Source: Eledone cirrhosa (Eukaryota). From it: 64,000 nucleotides of DNA. Both the position numbers and the translations under genes were made by a program. The notes under the pieces are model-generated. The model made no database searches. It was not told the DNA's origin and saw only the letters and a program-made list of their open reading frames with translations. Shown here in pieces: positions 51,020 through 64,000 of the stretch; the stretch's first letter is position 1; each line of letters begins with the position of its first letter. The stretch covers positions 744,001 through 808,000 of the forward strand of contig OZ024741.1 in NCBI GenBank assembly GCA_964016885.1. The letters are read 5' to 3'.

Positions 51020-52185
51020 ATCACATACTTAAGAGAGATAGATGTTAGAACTCGAAAACTTGTCAGTGTTACTGGGAAGTTTGGTGATGTGGATAGGCTG
51101 TACTTGTCATGCAAGGAAGGTGGCCGGGGTCTAAAATCCATATTAACATCATATGACACCCGGATAGTAACACTGAAGCAACATCTTTAACAGAGGAAAA
51201 GTTTTATGGCCCAGGTTTATGAGCATGAAAAAGAAAATATCATTAGGATAGCCACTGATCTGGAGGAGAGATGGAATAAAGCCTGATATAAATCTCTCAC
51301 CCAGAGAAATCGGAAGATCCTATTCACTGTTCAAAGAAGATGAAAAAATTGACCAATTTACAGAAAAAGTTGTGCACGTATACTTGAGACGTAAAACACA
51401 GACCATAGAGGTGATAAACCACTCAAAAAGCCTGGCATGGAGTTCCGACAAGTTTATGACATGACACCTTGAGGGATATCTCTATGCAATACAGGAACAA
51501 GAACTCCCTACCAAATATCTGCTGCACAAAAGAGGAGGGCCATCAGCTGACAATAAATGTAGGCTTATGTAAAACAAAGATTGAAGATGTAAGCGACATT
51601 GTTGCCAGCTGCGAAAGAATGTCATCTCGCTACTACCTCCCCATGAGACACGATGGGATAGCTAGAACGATCTGGAACGCAAACGAGGAAGAATATATCG
51701 AGACAGATTGCACTAAGGAATACTGGTGGAACCTGAAAATAAAAACTGCCACCAAATTAAAGCACAACCGGCCTGATATTGTTGTTTGGGACCACCCATT
51801 GAAAACGTGTTGTGGAGATCAGTTGCCCACTTGATGTAAACGTTGTCAGAAAAATACAGGAGGAGGACATCTCCGGACCATTGATGAGGAGTTTACAAAT
51901 CCAGTATCCAAAATACACCTTTAGCTTCATACCCATCATTATTGGAGCTACGGGTTATATACCAACCCGCTTGGACCAAAGTATGACTGAACTTGGATTT
52001 GCTGACAAAGAGCGCAGCTCCCTTCCCTAATTCATAGTCTACAAGTGGCTGCGATAGTTGGCACCTTCAAAATTTGCAAAACATTCTTGCGATTCAAGGG
52101 ATGACAATTTCTTTTCTTTTACAACCTTGCCACCAGGAAGGTGACCGGTCAAAAAATATATTCGAAATTAAGAGAAAGAGATCAC
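51020..52185 (+). mobile_element. R4/Dong-clade LINE C-terminal region (CCHC + RLE), decayed
   Basis: DVDRLYL..KEGGRGL, EGYLYAIQEQEL, CKTKIEDVSDIVASC..RHD, HNRPDIVVWD, EISCPLD, IPIIIGATG. Confidence 0.85.
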
Positions 52186-53031
52186 CTACATGTATGTGTG
52201 TATGTATGTGTGTGTGTGTGTGTGTATGTATGTATTTGTATATATATATTTATTTATTTATTTCATTATATTTGTTCCACTCCACGTGGTTTATATTTCA
52301 CCACCACACCGCCATCAAACCACCACACCAACAACACTCGCCACCACCGCCATCATTTGAACTACGTTGTCAAACCCGACATGACAAGAAAATGAAATAC
52401 ATGCTATGTGGTAAAGTCAGAGTTTCAAGAGTTTGACAAAATGAGATGTTTTGATTGGTGAGAAGGATCAAGGCGATGTACTGGCCTGTAGTATATATGG
52501 GGGTGGGTGTGATGGTGAGATGTTGGTGACGGTCTGTGGATGAGGTGGGCTGTGGTGTGGTGGTGGTGGGTTGGTATTTAGTGGGATGGGCTGTGGTGTG
52601 AGGTTAGTGGACTGTCTGTAGACGGGTTGGCGTGTGGTAGTGGCGCCTTTGTCTATGGTAGCGGCGTTTTTGGTGGTGTGGTGGATGTATTGGTGGCGTC
52701 AGGTATTTACATAGATACATAGACGCTCTTCGTCTGACAGATACCTTGTATATACGTATACGTACACACATATATGTATATATGTGCACATATATTGTTG
52801 TATAAACACACACAACATAAGACACATACGCACATCCTTGCCCACACATATCGGCATACGCTCACACACAGCCATATGTATATGTACACACATGTATGTG
52901 CATGCGCGCATGCGGACACGAATATGAAGAGTGGTGGAGTATCGGTGGGGGTGGCGAACGACAGAGATGGGGGAAGGACTCACACTCATGTATGCAAGAT
53001 ATACACATACACACTCCCACACACGTATACT

Positions 53032-53075
<44 letters not shown>

Positions 53076-53264
53076 TGTACCGACAACACACACATACACG
53101 CACATATATACATACATGCACATATATGAGCTCACCTACACATAGTCAGATTTACCCATATACATATATGTAGACGTACACACACATACACATATGCATA
53201 CACATACACATACACATATATATATATATACACACACACATAGACATATGTATATACATGTGTT

Positions 53265-53334
<70 letters not shown>

Positions 53335-53684
53335 GATAAATTTGCGTACACGCACGCACACTTAAAACGCCCGTATGAGTAAAATACTTACACACAGACA
53401 CACACACTATTGTTGGTTGGGGAGTGGAGGTATGTTTTGTCGGTGTTGGTGAAGTATGGTGTTGTTTTGTGGTGGTGGTGGAGTTGTGAGGGACAAAAAT
53501 ATATATACCGGTTAAAAGGTGAGATAGGGAACGCGGGGGGAAAAGCGTTTATGGACGTACGGCGATGTGTGTTGTGGACATGGTGATGGTGGTGGTGCTG
53601 GGGTGATATGTTCGGCAAGATGATTACATGATCAGAGGTTACAGTGTGTTATATGGTAGGCAGACGGGGGGTGGGGGGTATATA

Positions 53685-53870
53685 ATTGTTTCTACTTTAG
53701 GCACAAGGCCAGCAAATAGTCAGTGTATTACTGGTACTTTATTTTATCGACCCCCGTAAGGATGAAAGGCAAAGTCAACCTAGGCGGGATTTGAACTCAG
53801 ATCGTAAAGGGACGTAACTATGCTTGAAAGCATGGCGTCCGACCCTCTACCGATACTGCCAATCCCCCAC
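53685..53870 (-). mobile_element. tRNA-derived SINE (30586 family)
   Basis: Reverse complement matches 30586-30772. Confidence 0.8.
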
Positions 53871-54149
53871 CGTGGAGGGTATATAATACAGTCGATTTGG
53901 GATCGAGGGATATGTGTTGATGATGATTGTGGTTGTGTGTGCGTGCGACAGTACAGTTACAGGATCGAATTTAACGTGGGGTTGCAAGTTAGGGTAGATA
54001 GAGGGAACATGGGGGGATGAGGATGTAGGCGTGTATGGTATGCACATGACGATGTGTGGTGTGGTGGTGGAGATGGTGTGATATGATCGACATTGTATTT
54101 ACAAGGTCTCTTGTCATTGTGGATTGCAAGGTAGAACGTATCATATGGT

Positions 54150-54926
54150 ATATATATATATATATATATATATAAAACTAAGGATGTCTGTATGAGTTTG
54201 AATCCCTAAACCTCGAGAAGCACCCAACCGACTGTTTTCAAACTTTACACCCGCGCCCTTATAATATGTCTGTATGTCTAGCTGTCTGCATCGCACTCGG
54301 CGCGTCAATGTATGCCTGTTAAATGGGCCGCAAACGCATTGATTCATTGTAAAGGCTACCAGTGGAAGCAACCGTAACACCCTCCAAATGTGAGAGAACG
54401 CAGTGAAAGTCACTATTAAGAGAACGTTCACATGGCCCTTTTTATGGCCACCACTTGAAATTGTTGATTGTTACCCGTAGTTACTGGAGTGTCAGTGAAC
54501 GGCTTACAAATCCATTATAAGGGCCCTTAAAATAACTGATGGCGACCCTTTGGTTTGGGGCGGCGAGTGAACACGCACACGCCTCAAGGCCCATTTTATT
54601 GCACCACTCCTCTGTAAAATTGTTAAATTATACCCACTGTTTGGTAAACGTTTGTGAAGGTGCGGTGGACTGGTTCGAGAAGGCTCCATATGCTGTCCGA
54701 TTGCACGTCATGCCTTGCTCAAGCATTGCAGACTTCCCTCTGACTCCTGTCACTTTATTAAAGTACAAAAGCACTCAGCCGATTTTCTTCACGTGGAAGG
54801 AAAAGCATACCTAATACTAATTGCATCAGAGCATTCGGTTTATTTTCTTTACATGTCCAGGCATGCAGTTTTTCCACGATTAGGTCAAAATAACTTATCC
54901 CGTGCAACGCCGGGTACCACTGCTAG
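54150..54926 (+). mobile_element. Non-autonomous Helitron
   Basis: 5' (TA)nAAACTAAGGATGTCTGT; 3' hairpin CCCGTGCAACGCCGGG (54899-54914) then CTAG|T. Confidence 0.75.
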
Positions 54927-55311
54927 TATTATATATATATATATGTATATTGTTTTACTCTTTTACTTGTCCCAGCCATTTTGCTGAGGTCATGCTGGGG
55001 TACCGCCTTTAATATATTTTTCTATATATCTACACACACACACACATATATATATATCAATAAAGACGTATCCATGAAAGGCAAATCTTATCGGTTGGAA
55101 AACAAAATAAACTTTTGTATTTTATTTGATGAAAGTGCACCAAGCTTGTCTTGGTTGGCCTTGAAATATATATAATAAAATAAATATGGTTTTATAAATA
55201 GTTTCCATTTATTTAATATCACGAAATATTTACTCCAGTAAATTGTTGAGTGCTCTAAATCAGTTATAAACATTTGTTTGTCGGACTTCCAACAAATTAA
55301 ATACAACTTCT

Positions 55312-55365
<54 letters not shown>

Positions 55366-55380
55366 CGGAGTTGTGTTAAG

Positions 55381-55446
55381 GAACCAGATGGACCATAATG
55401 CACCAGAGATAGCCGTCGAAACGGCTTGAGCTCTGCCGTCGGGGTC
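55381..55446 (+). ncRNA. Decayed type I hammerhead
   Basis: CAGATG GAC...GTC GAAA CGGC-TTGAGCTCT-GCCG TC^; perfect stem III with palindromic loop, damaged 5' core. Confidence 0.45.
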
Positions 55447-55455
55447 ATACATCTT

Positions 55456-55585
<130 letters not shown>

Positions 55586-55764
55586 TTCACGTTGTTCTGA
55601 TAAAACTATTAAATTTCTTCATAGAATAATAAATTTTGTTTTATTATTTGTTGCTATTGTTCGGTTGTTGTTGTTGTTGTTGTTACACACACACTCACAA
55701 ACTTTGCTCATCTTTTGGCGGCAAAAAATAGCGGCAAAACAACATACATACATACATAGATACA

Positions 55765-55795
<31 letters not shown>

Positions 55796-56270
55796 GTGAG
55801 TATGTGTGAGTTACCCGCCACTTTCTTTTCCTTATAAATACAAGCCCCGTTTTTCATATCTTTCATTTCAGCCACAGATTTGAAAGATGACTTCAGGTTA
55901 TTCTCATGGTATGCTTTAAGCCCTTTTTAGGGCTGCTCAGAGATACGCCGAAAACACAGCGTCCATGTTCACTCCTGGGACTGAGAAGAAAAGTCCCACA
56001 GGTCAGTCAGATTTATATTTAATTTATTTTAAAAAAAAAAATAATTTCAATTTAATTTATATTTCTTAAAAAAAAAAAGAATTCAATTTAACTTATTTCT
56101 TTAAAAAAAAAGTTCAATTTCATTTTAAAAAAATTCAATTCAATTAATTTCTTTTAAAAAAAAAAGCTTTTATAGTTATGTTTTTGTATTTTAATCGGGG
56201 TAACATTTTCGATTTAATTAATTTCATCATATTGTTGTATATATACACACACACATATATATACAATTGT

Positions 56271-56302
<32 letters not shown>

Positions 56303-57017
56303 TGCAGTTATTCGAATACCTTGGAGTATTCGTTTTTATTTCTATGCTCTCTGAAATCCTGCCAAGGTCAACTTTGCCTTTCTTCCTTCCGTTGGAAGTG
56401 GATAAAAAAAAGTACCAGTGAAATGCTGGGGTGAATTCTTCCTATCTATAGTTTTCTCGCAATTATCTTTTTCTGAATAAAAGTACCAGTCAAATACTGG
56501 GTTCCTCTCTTCTCTGCTTTTTCTCTGTCTATCTTTCTGGAAGAATTTTCTATTTTTAGAACTGGAGGAGTTGGTATTTGCTAGTGATTAAGGGAGAAAA
56601 TGAAAGATATATATGTATATATATGTATATGTGTGTTGATGAGATTATGTAGGGGGGGGATGGGGGGTAAAAAAAATGTTTAAAGATTTATCTGGAAAAA
56701 TCTGTTGAATTCACATGGTTGGTATTGTCTCTGTTCTCGGTTTTCAAAAGACTTATAAAAGCTGACTCAGTATTGTTTATCCAATAAAGTAGCAGTAATA
56801 CGTTATAGTTAGATTAACGTTAATTTTGTTCACTTGTAATTTAGAGAATATAAAATATAAAATGCACCATTAGAATATATAACTTATTTTTATTCCAGAT
56901 TCTCCTAAAAATTTGTCCCTGTTCAATTCCTTCTCTGCCACAAACCTCTCATTTTTGGATAGAATTTTTTTATTTATTTTTTTACGTTAGGTTAAACCAG
57001 CCAACCAATTTTTTTAA

Positions 57018-57083
<66 letters not shown>

Positions 57084-57116
57084 GCTTATGAAACGTGTGT
57101 GTATATATATATTTAT

Positions 57117-57157
<41 letters not shown>

Positions 57158-57196
57158 ATTTATAATTTATATATATATAATTTATATATATATATA

Positions 57197-57268
<72 letters not shown>

Positions 57269-57281
57269 TTATATATATATA

Positions 57282-57322
<41 letters not shown>

Positions 57323-57519
57323 GTATGTGTGTATGTATGTCTGTATGTACGTGTGTGTACATGAATATATATTTATATATTTTTATATATATGTGTGTGT
57401 TTTTATGTGTGTATATGTGTTTGTGTGTGTGTTTATGGTTGCGCGTAAGTGTGTGAGTGAGTATGTGTTTTTTTGTTTTTTTGTGAATGTGTCTGTTGAT
57501 TTTTGGCATATAGTTGATT

Positions 57520-58079
57520 AGTTTAAGAGAAGTTCAAGATAATTGTAAGATATGCACTCAGTATTTTGAATCTGTCTGCAGAATTCTCTAGACCTTTGTC
57601 ACTTAGTAGAACCTTAATGACTTTAGCTTTTAAAGAATCTCCCCTTTTCTTTAATTCTATCGACTATGACTGACCCCCCACTGATTTTATAGACATCTGT
57701 TAGCTTAAGAGAAACTTATTGACAAGGAATGGTAGGCCATCCGGAACCTGTTTATATAATTCTGTCTGCCCTTGTTACTCTAAAAACATAATAAATAAAA
57801 ATAAAAATAAAAATGAACTATAGCTTTGTAGAATTAGCTTTTAATGAATTCCCTTTTCCATCAACCAACGACCTGCACCCATCCCACTCCCCACCCTCTC
57901 CTACCACTTGTAGAGACCTATAAATACCATATTTATTTTTTGATACCCAGATTCCTGATGATTTCAAATGAATGAAACAGTTCTAGTCCTGTAGAATCTC
58001 ATCTATATTAAAACTTATACTCTGCTATGTATTGAGTACCTTACTTACTGTGGTTACCTCCGATTCAACCCGGAATAAC

Positions 58080-58080
<1 letters not shown>
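57520..58080 (+). mobile_element. Probable Penelope-like element 3' region
   Basis: LRETY*Q trace resembling the GIY-YIG C-terminal RE.YW motif, TATAAATA at ~57919-57926, hammerhead 57949-57999, tail shared with 50170/50853. Confidence 0.5.
57949..57999 (+). ncRNA. Type I hammerhead ribozyme
   Basis: AGATTC CTGATGA T-TTC-AAAT-GAA-T GAAA CAG-TTCTAGTC-CTG TA^GAATCT; perfect 6-bp stem I, GUA at 57991-57993. Confidence 0.75.
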
Positions 58081-58401
<321 letters not shown>

Positions 58402-58458
58402 AGAAAAGGTGAATATAAAATGAAAGTGCTTTTTTTTTAAAAAAAGGAATTTATTAGG

Positions 58459-58571
58459 TATCGACATGTTTCTGTAACAGACGAAATACCTATGTATCGC
58501 TGCTTGCGTAATCATATAATGTTAGCAAGTATTCGATAGCAAATGTATAATCAGTTGTCACTTCAGAGATT
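58459..58571 (-). ncRNA. Decayed minimal hammerhead with long stem II
   Basis: Minus strand CTGAAGTGACAAC...GTTACA GAAA CATG TC^GAT followed by AATAAA. Confidence 0.35.
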
Positions 58572-59007
58572 TTGGATAAATTGGAAAAAATCAGAAAAAT
58601 TGAAGTATTTATATTAGTTGTAATAGAGGAAGAGAAGTATATGACAGATGGTAATTCAATTTACTGCTAAACAAGTATATAAATGTTTTTTTAATGAGAA
58701 TACAATGAGTAAATGGTTTATTTTATCTAAATAATAATTTTTGGGAGTGCCTATTTTAATCTATACTTGACCAATTGAACAATGGACAGGGCTGGTTATT
58801 TGGTGTAGTAGTATTAATTATAAAGTGTCGATTAAGGAAGGGGGAGATTTCGACTGCTACTGAATAACTTCCAATGCTAGTAGTCAGCTGGTATATGCAT
58901 TAGGGAATTGAATTAAGAAATCTCATTTTATCTATAACAGTTTATATTAAATGATAACCTGAAATTTTTATATTTATATTTATATATATATATTTATTTA
59001 TTTATAT

Positions 59008-59154
59008 ATATATATTAAAATAACCGATTAAAGTTTAAGCAAAGAATCGCTGCTTTCACCCTTAAATGAATTTCAGAAGATCCCGTTAAGATCCCGTTAA
59101 GGTTGAAAGCAGCGATTCTTTGCTTAAACTTTAATCTGTTATTTTAATATATAT
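59008..59154. repeat. Palindrome built from the 46735-type hammerhead repeat
   Basis: 59008-59064 is the reverse complement of 59097-59154; right part matches 46738-46805. Confidence 0.85.
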
Positions 59155-59239
59155 TTGCTGTACGGTTCTTATATATTTGATATATATTTATCCATATCGA
59201 GCCCTTTTTTAATTTTAGTTTTCAAATTTATTATTATTA

Positions 59240-59850
59240 CTATATATTATGTGTGTGTGTATATTATGTGTGTATGTATTCTGTGTGTATTATGTGTCTG
59301 TATTAAGTGTCTGTATTTGTGCGTATTATCTGTGTGTATTATCTGTATTATCTGTGTATTATATGTGTGTATTATATGTGTATATGTGTGTATTATATGT
59401 GTATATGTGTGTATTATGTGTGTTGGTGGATTGGCAGTATCGGTAGAGGGTCGGACGCCATGCTTTGACGCATAGAGTTACGGCCCTTGCTATTCTGAGT
59501 TCAAATCCCGCCGAGGTTAACTTTGCCTTTCATCCTTACGGGGTTGATAAAATAAAGTACCAGTAATGCACTGGGATAATTGCTGGCCTTGTGCCAAAAG
59601 TAGAAACAATTGTGTGTATTATATGTGTGTATTATATGTGTGTATTATATGTGTGTATTATATGTGTGTATTATCTGTGTATTATGTGTGTATTATGTGT
59701 GTATTATATGTGTGTATATGTGTGTATTATCTGTGTGTATTATCTGTGCGTATTATCTGTATTATATGTGTGTATTATGTGTGTATTGTGTGTAGTATGT
59801 CTGTATTATGTGTCTGTATTATGTGTGTATTTGTAATAAATGTCTACTAT
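59240..59850. repeat. (TGTGTGTATTATA)-type minisatellite interrupted by a SINE at 59424-59611
   Basis: Tandem ~13-bp units either side of a full 30586-family SINE. Confidence 0.85.
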
Positions 59851-60414
59851 ATACACATGTATATATATATAATATATAAATACAATATAATAATATATAT
59901 GTTGGTGTGTATCGGGTTTGTGTTTATATCACCGTAGAAATCTGTTTATGCAACATTCTAATTAGCAAAGGGAAATTACTGTAGTATATTTTAATAAAAA
60001 TATTTTATTTTCCGTTTTAGCCAGAAATTTTGTTGTTTGATAAAACTGTCATTGAATTTATGCCTTGTCTGTTTCTGCTGAAGACTACTTTACTTAATTA
60101 AGCTTAAGCTTAAAATTGAGACGGGTGTTTTTTCATGTCTATTTAATGCAGCACGTTAGTGATATAGTAAGTTTTAGTTTCTATTTGTTTGAATATCATT
60201 TCGAAGCAGATACGACGGGGTTCATTAATTTCTAGATGAATTATTTGGGTTTAGTTTTAGTTTGTGGTTGTGTGTGTGTGTGTGGGGGGGGGGGGGTATA
60301 TATAAAACTGAATAGCTATATATATTTATATCATCTTGTCAATATCTAACCTTTTTCCTCATAAATATAGACAGAAATTACGGTATACAAGTAGGCACAT
60401 GCATTAAAACTTAA

Positions 60415-60920
60415 TATATGGTTATGTTACCAGGAAGCTGGAGAGTGAAAGTAATATAGTTACGGTTATCTTGAGGAAACGCTATATTTTTTTTTTATAC
60501 GCTTTTGCAATATAAGAATAGGAAACGAAGACAAACTGATTGATGCAGACAAAATATATAATTATGGTAATTGTTCAGAATTAAGATCGTAGATGTGACC
60601 GATGTGAAGCAGCTGTAGAAAGTTGGCATGATGTAGTGAAGAATGCAGTGGGTAGAAAAGACATCCCCGAGAATAAACATAGAAAGAGTAGTTGGTGATT
60701 GTTGCAGTGAAAATCAATGAAGTACAAGCATAACGGACAAGAGAGAAGAATGCAGGCCCAGCAGTTGGAGTTCGCTGCCAAGCAGATGCCAATATAATAT
60801 GAAATATTAGGGAATCGGATAATGTCGATTCCCTGTTTTATTGCAAAAGCGAATCCTTTAAAGTGCGAAACAATATAGTGTTTGTCGTTGATGTATTTAT
60901 ATCTATATTACTCTACATAA
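60415..60920 (+). mobile_element. Decayed R4/Dong-like fragment, paralog of 18665-19240
   Basis: Collinear nucleotide similarity (GAAGCTGGAGAGTGA, GATGTGACCGATGTGAAG, CAGCAGTTGGAGTTCGCTGCCAAGCAGAT). Confidence 0.6.
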
Positions 60921-61119
60921 GCCCACAAACAGAGGCCTTCAACAGTAAATATGTAATTGGCCTTGGTTTAAAAAGAAATTTTTTTTCTTAATATAATTGT
61001 TTATCTGCTGGATTGGTCATTGACCATTTTAGTAGGAGAGGGGATTTTGTTAGTGGTGCGTTACCTTTGCTGACTTAACTCTGAGAAAGAAAAGCAATTA
61101 TATTTTTCTTTGACTGTAT

Positions 61120-62640
61120 TTAGCCACTGAAGAATGGGTGTAGCTCCTTGGAGCACTCCAACCAATAATTCGAAGAACCATCGGGTGTAATGACTTTGGC
61201 TTTAGTGTTCGTGTAGAGCAGTGATACTTTTGTATTCCACAAGATCTTGATCAGGTAGTGACGATCGACAGAATTATAGGCAATTTGCTTTAGCTCCCTC
61301 AAATATCTTCCTCAGCATCAGGATGTGACCGTTGGTTGATCTTTATCTGTGAAGCTGTTCTGGTTGTTTGAGCTTTTTGTCCATGTAGGGCTGGATTCTC
61401 TTAAGAATCATCCTGTTGAGGTTCTTTGCCACAAGTGAGGTCTCCCTGTAGTTGTTGCTGTTAAAGAGATCTGCCTTCTTTGGCAGTGGCACGAAGTTAC
61501 TGATCGTCCACTGGTTCAGGGCAACTCGTTTCTCCAGTCCCTTTTTACAGAACTGCAAGCTATGAAAATCATAACTCTACATGACCTGATGCCACTCGAT
61601 TTTCTCCATGGGCCTTGCCCTCCTTTATCTTCTTTTTTTGCTCTCTGAAGCTCTCTGGCAAAGGGTCCTGTCTCAATATTCAGTTTTTGTAACAGCCACC
61701 TGATCTGCCCAGTGTTCTTGGCTGTGGAGGGCATCTCATAGTTGTGTTCTAAAATGGTTCAGCCATTTCCTTTTTCCTATCCTCTGGATCTGTTTCCTTG
61801 ATCTGACCTTTCCTCCATGTGATCTCGTTGATCATCCAACTGTCAACCGTTCTCTTAACACTTTTAGTGCCTCCTCTCTGGCGTCAGTGTAAGCGGTACA
61901 GAGTGCTTCCCTCATCACCTCCACTGTGTCCATCCTCTCCATAGGATCAGCACAGAATTGGTCCTTGGCAGGCTGCACACACCTTTGGGGTCTGCAGAAC
62001 TGACATGCTTCTTCTTCTTTCTCCTCAGCATCAGTGTCTCACTTGCTTCTGCTACTGCATTGTTCAAGTAGCCGTACCTCTTTGTCAAACTCTCTACAAA
62101 GAGCACTGAACCTGTTGCTCACTTCTCCTGTGAACCTCTTCTGTAGCTTATGTTCCTTGAAAGTTCCCCAGTCATAGATTATACTGTTGGTGTAGCCTTG
62201 CTCTTTCTTAAGCTCACCCGGACCTCACTCATAACAAGCATGTGTCCACTGTCCCAGTGTACTGAAATAGTTGTATGGTTCTGTGTTGAGAACACTATTG
62301 CGCTGCTTTTTCCTCACCAGAAAGAAATCAATCTAGGTCTTGGTCCACATCTTTTCTGGATTCTTCCTTAACGTTAGGTTGGTTGCCATCAAGTTTGCAT
62401 CCAGCATGGCGTCTGTCGGTAGTCTTCCATTTCGGTTGGTGTTAGGGAATTACCAGCGCGGATCTTCACTGCTCTCCTTACTCGGATGTGCATAGAAGTC
62501 CCTCAGAAGAATGATGTTTTGAGCTTGTGTGGTGTTGACAGCTCTACACATCTCATGAAATTCCTCTGCATTCACATCACTGTCTCCCTTGGTAGAACTA
62601 TAAGCTGATATCCGGTTTTAAATTCCTGTTATTGCCTGCA
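61120..62640 (-). mobile_element. Decayed RTE-superfamily LINE of a different family (EN to early RT)
   Basis: QWTISNFVPLPKKADL..NNYRETSL..NRMILKRIQP, LYTNTKAKVITPDG. Confidence 0.7.
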
Positions 62641-62839
62641 GGACTATGATAAAAAGGAGAGGGCTAAGAACAGCCCTGGTGTACACGGACCTGCATGCTA
62701 AATTCCTCGCTCTAATCATTGATAACCCTAACTTTGCTGATTGTTTCTTTATACATGGCTTGTACAGCCCTCATAAGCTATTCATCTACTTCAAATTTTC
62801 TAAGAGCCCACCAGATTATAGCATGGTGGACTCTGTCGA

Positions 62840-63575
62840 AGGCTTTTTCCATTTCGACAAATGCCAGGTAGAGTGGCTTACTTTTAGCTAGGTACTAATC
62901 AACTGTGCTATAACTCTACGTTACTTTCATGATCTGGTCCATCAGCTTTATACCTCTCTAGTTTCCTCTATCTAGTGCATCACCTTTACCTTTGTATCAG
63001 TTGACCATGATGCTGCTGCACGAATCGTTTAGTATTATCTAGTTAACATTACTTGTGGTTATGGTCTGATCTACTGACCCAGATGCCTTGAGCATCTCGG
63101 CAACTATACCCGATGGACCGGTTGCCTTCCCCGTCTTCATATCTTTGATTGCCATACTATATTGCTGCTGACTTGTTCTGCTAGCCCCTCTATAGGGTTC
63201 ACTTTGGGTATGGTATCTTTTTCCCATGCATTCTCCCCATTTAGTAATCTTTCATACTGGCTCTTCCATGCATCTCCTCAGAAATTGTGAGTGCAATCTG
63301 ACCTTTATCATTCTGGATACACTTTTGTCCAATGACATCACAATTCTCTCTGACACACTGCCTCGTAATCTCGAACGCCTGTTTCTGTTCCTCGTGTTGC
63401 AAAAGATGCTTGAAATTCCTATCCTCTACCTCCCTTCTAGCTAAGTATACTTGTCGCCTAGCTTCGCTCCTGGTCTCTCTGTAATGTGCCCTGTTTTTCC
63501 ATTCTTTCCATGCCTGTCTCTTAGCCTTAATTGCCTCATCTACCATATTGTTCTACCACCAAGTGACTCTCCTAA
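62840..63575 (-). mobile_element. RTE fragments
   Basis: AIKDMKTGKATGPSGIVAEMLKASG; VDEAIKAKRQAWKEWK; 63240-63575 duplicates 18255-18592. Confidence 0.85.
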
Positions 63576-63644
63576 TCCATGTATATATCTTTTTATCATT
63601 ATCTTTTTCTCAAATATCCACACATGACGACACACATGCAAATA

Positions 63645-64000
63645 TTATGCATGGATATGTTAACTGGTAGCTGGAGAGAGAATAATATAGATGATAAAAG
63701 TCTATCTTCAGCAACAAGTGCTATATTGTCTCCCATGTTGAAAGATATTATTTTACAAGATAAGAACTTGAAACTAAGACTAACTGATGTATAGAATAGA
63801 ATAGAAAGACCTAGATGTGAAAAGAAGTGGAAATTGTGCAGATTGAAGATTGAAGATGTGACCGATGTGAAGAAACTGGAAAGATGTGTCGAAAAGAGTG
63901 AAGAATGCATTCCGTAGGAAAGACATCCCCGAGAGTGAACATTTGAAGCTAGAGCAAGGTTTTAAGAGTTAGAAAGAGTAGTTGTTGATTGTTCCTGTGA
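63645..64000 (+). mobile_element. Decayed R4/Dong-like fragment, third paralog
   Basis: Close match to 18665-19030. Confidence 0.6.

Overview
Eukaryotic, AT-rich, repeat-saturated DNA, most likely from a coleoid cephalopod such as Octopus. That assignment is an inference from the SINE types, the RTE/Dong LINE mix and the (TACA)n/(TA)n microsatellite load. No intact host protein-coding gene is visible. The window is a mosaic of decayed mobile elements: many RTE LINE pieces (one near full-length at ~26.4-29.9 kb), two duplicated CRE-clade retrotransposon remnants plus a third CRE family, CR1-group, Tx1/L1 and R4/Dong LINE fragments, Helitron Rep/helicase remnants with canonical 3' ends, Merlin, pogo and Gypsy scraps, and two tRNA-derived SINE families. 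There are also several local segmental, inverted and tandem duplications. Two signals are not shown by the ORF track. (1) About a dozen type I hammerhead ribozyme motifs from several unrelated sequence families are present; some have an intact core, and several share an unusual U10.1.U11.1 closing of stem II. They sit in Penelope-like/retrozyme-like contexts (TATA-hammerhead cassettes, inverted pairs, a 208-nt tandem repeat). (2) An orphan, duplicated, inactivated exon resembling the N-terminus of the mitochondrial m-AAA protease AFG3L2 lies between Helitron remnants. All calls were made by eye; element boundaries are approximate.
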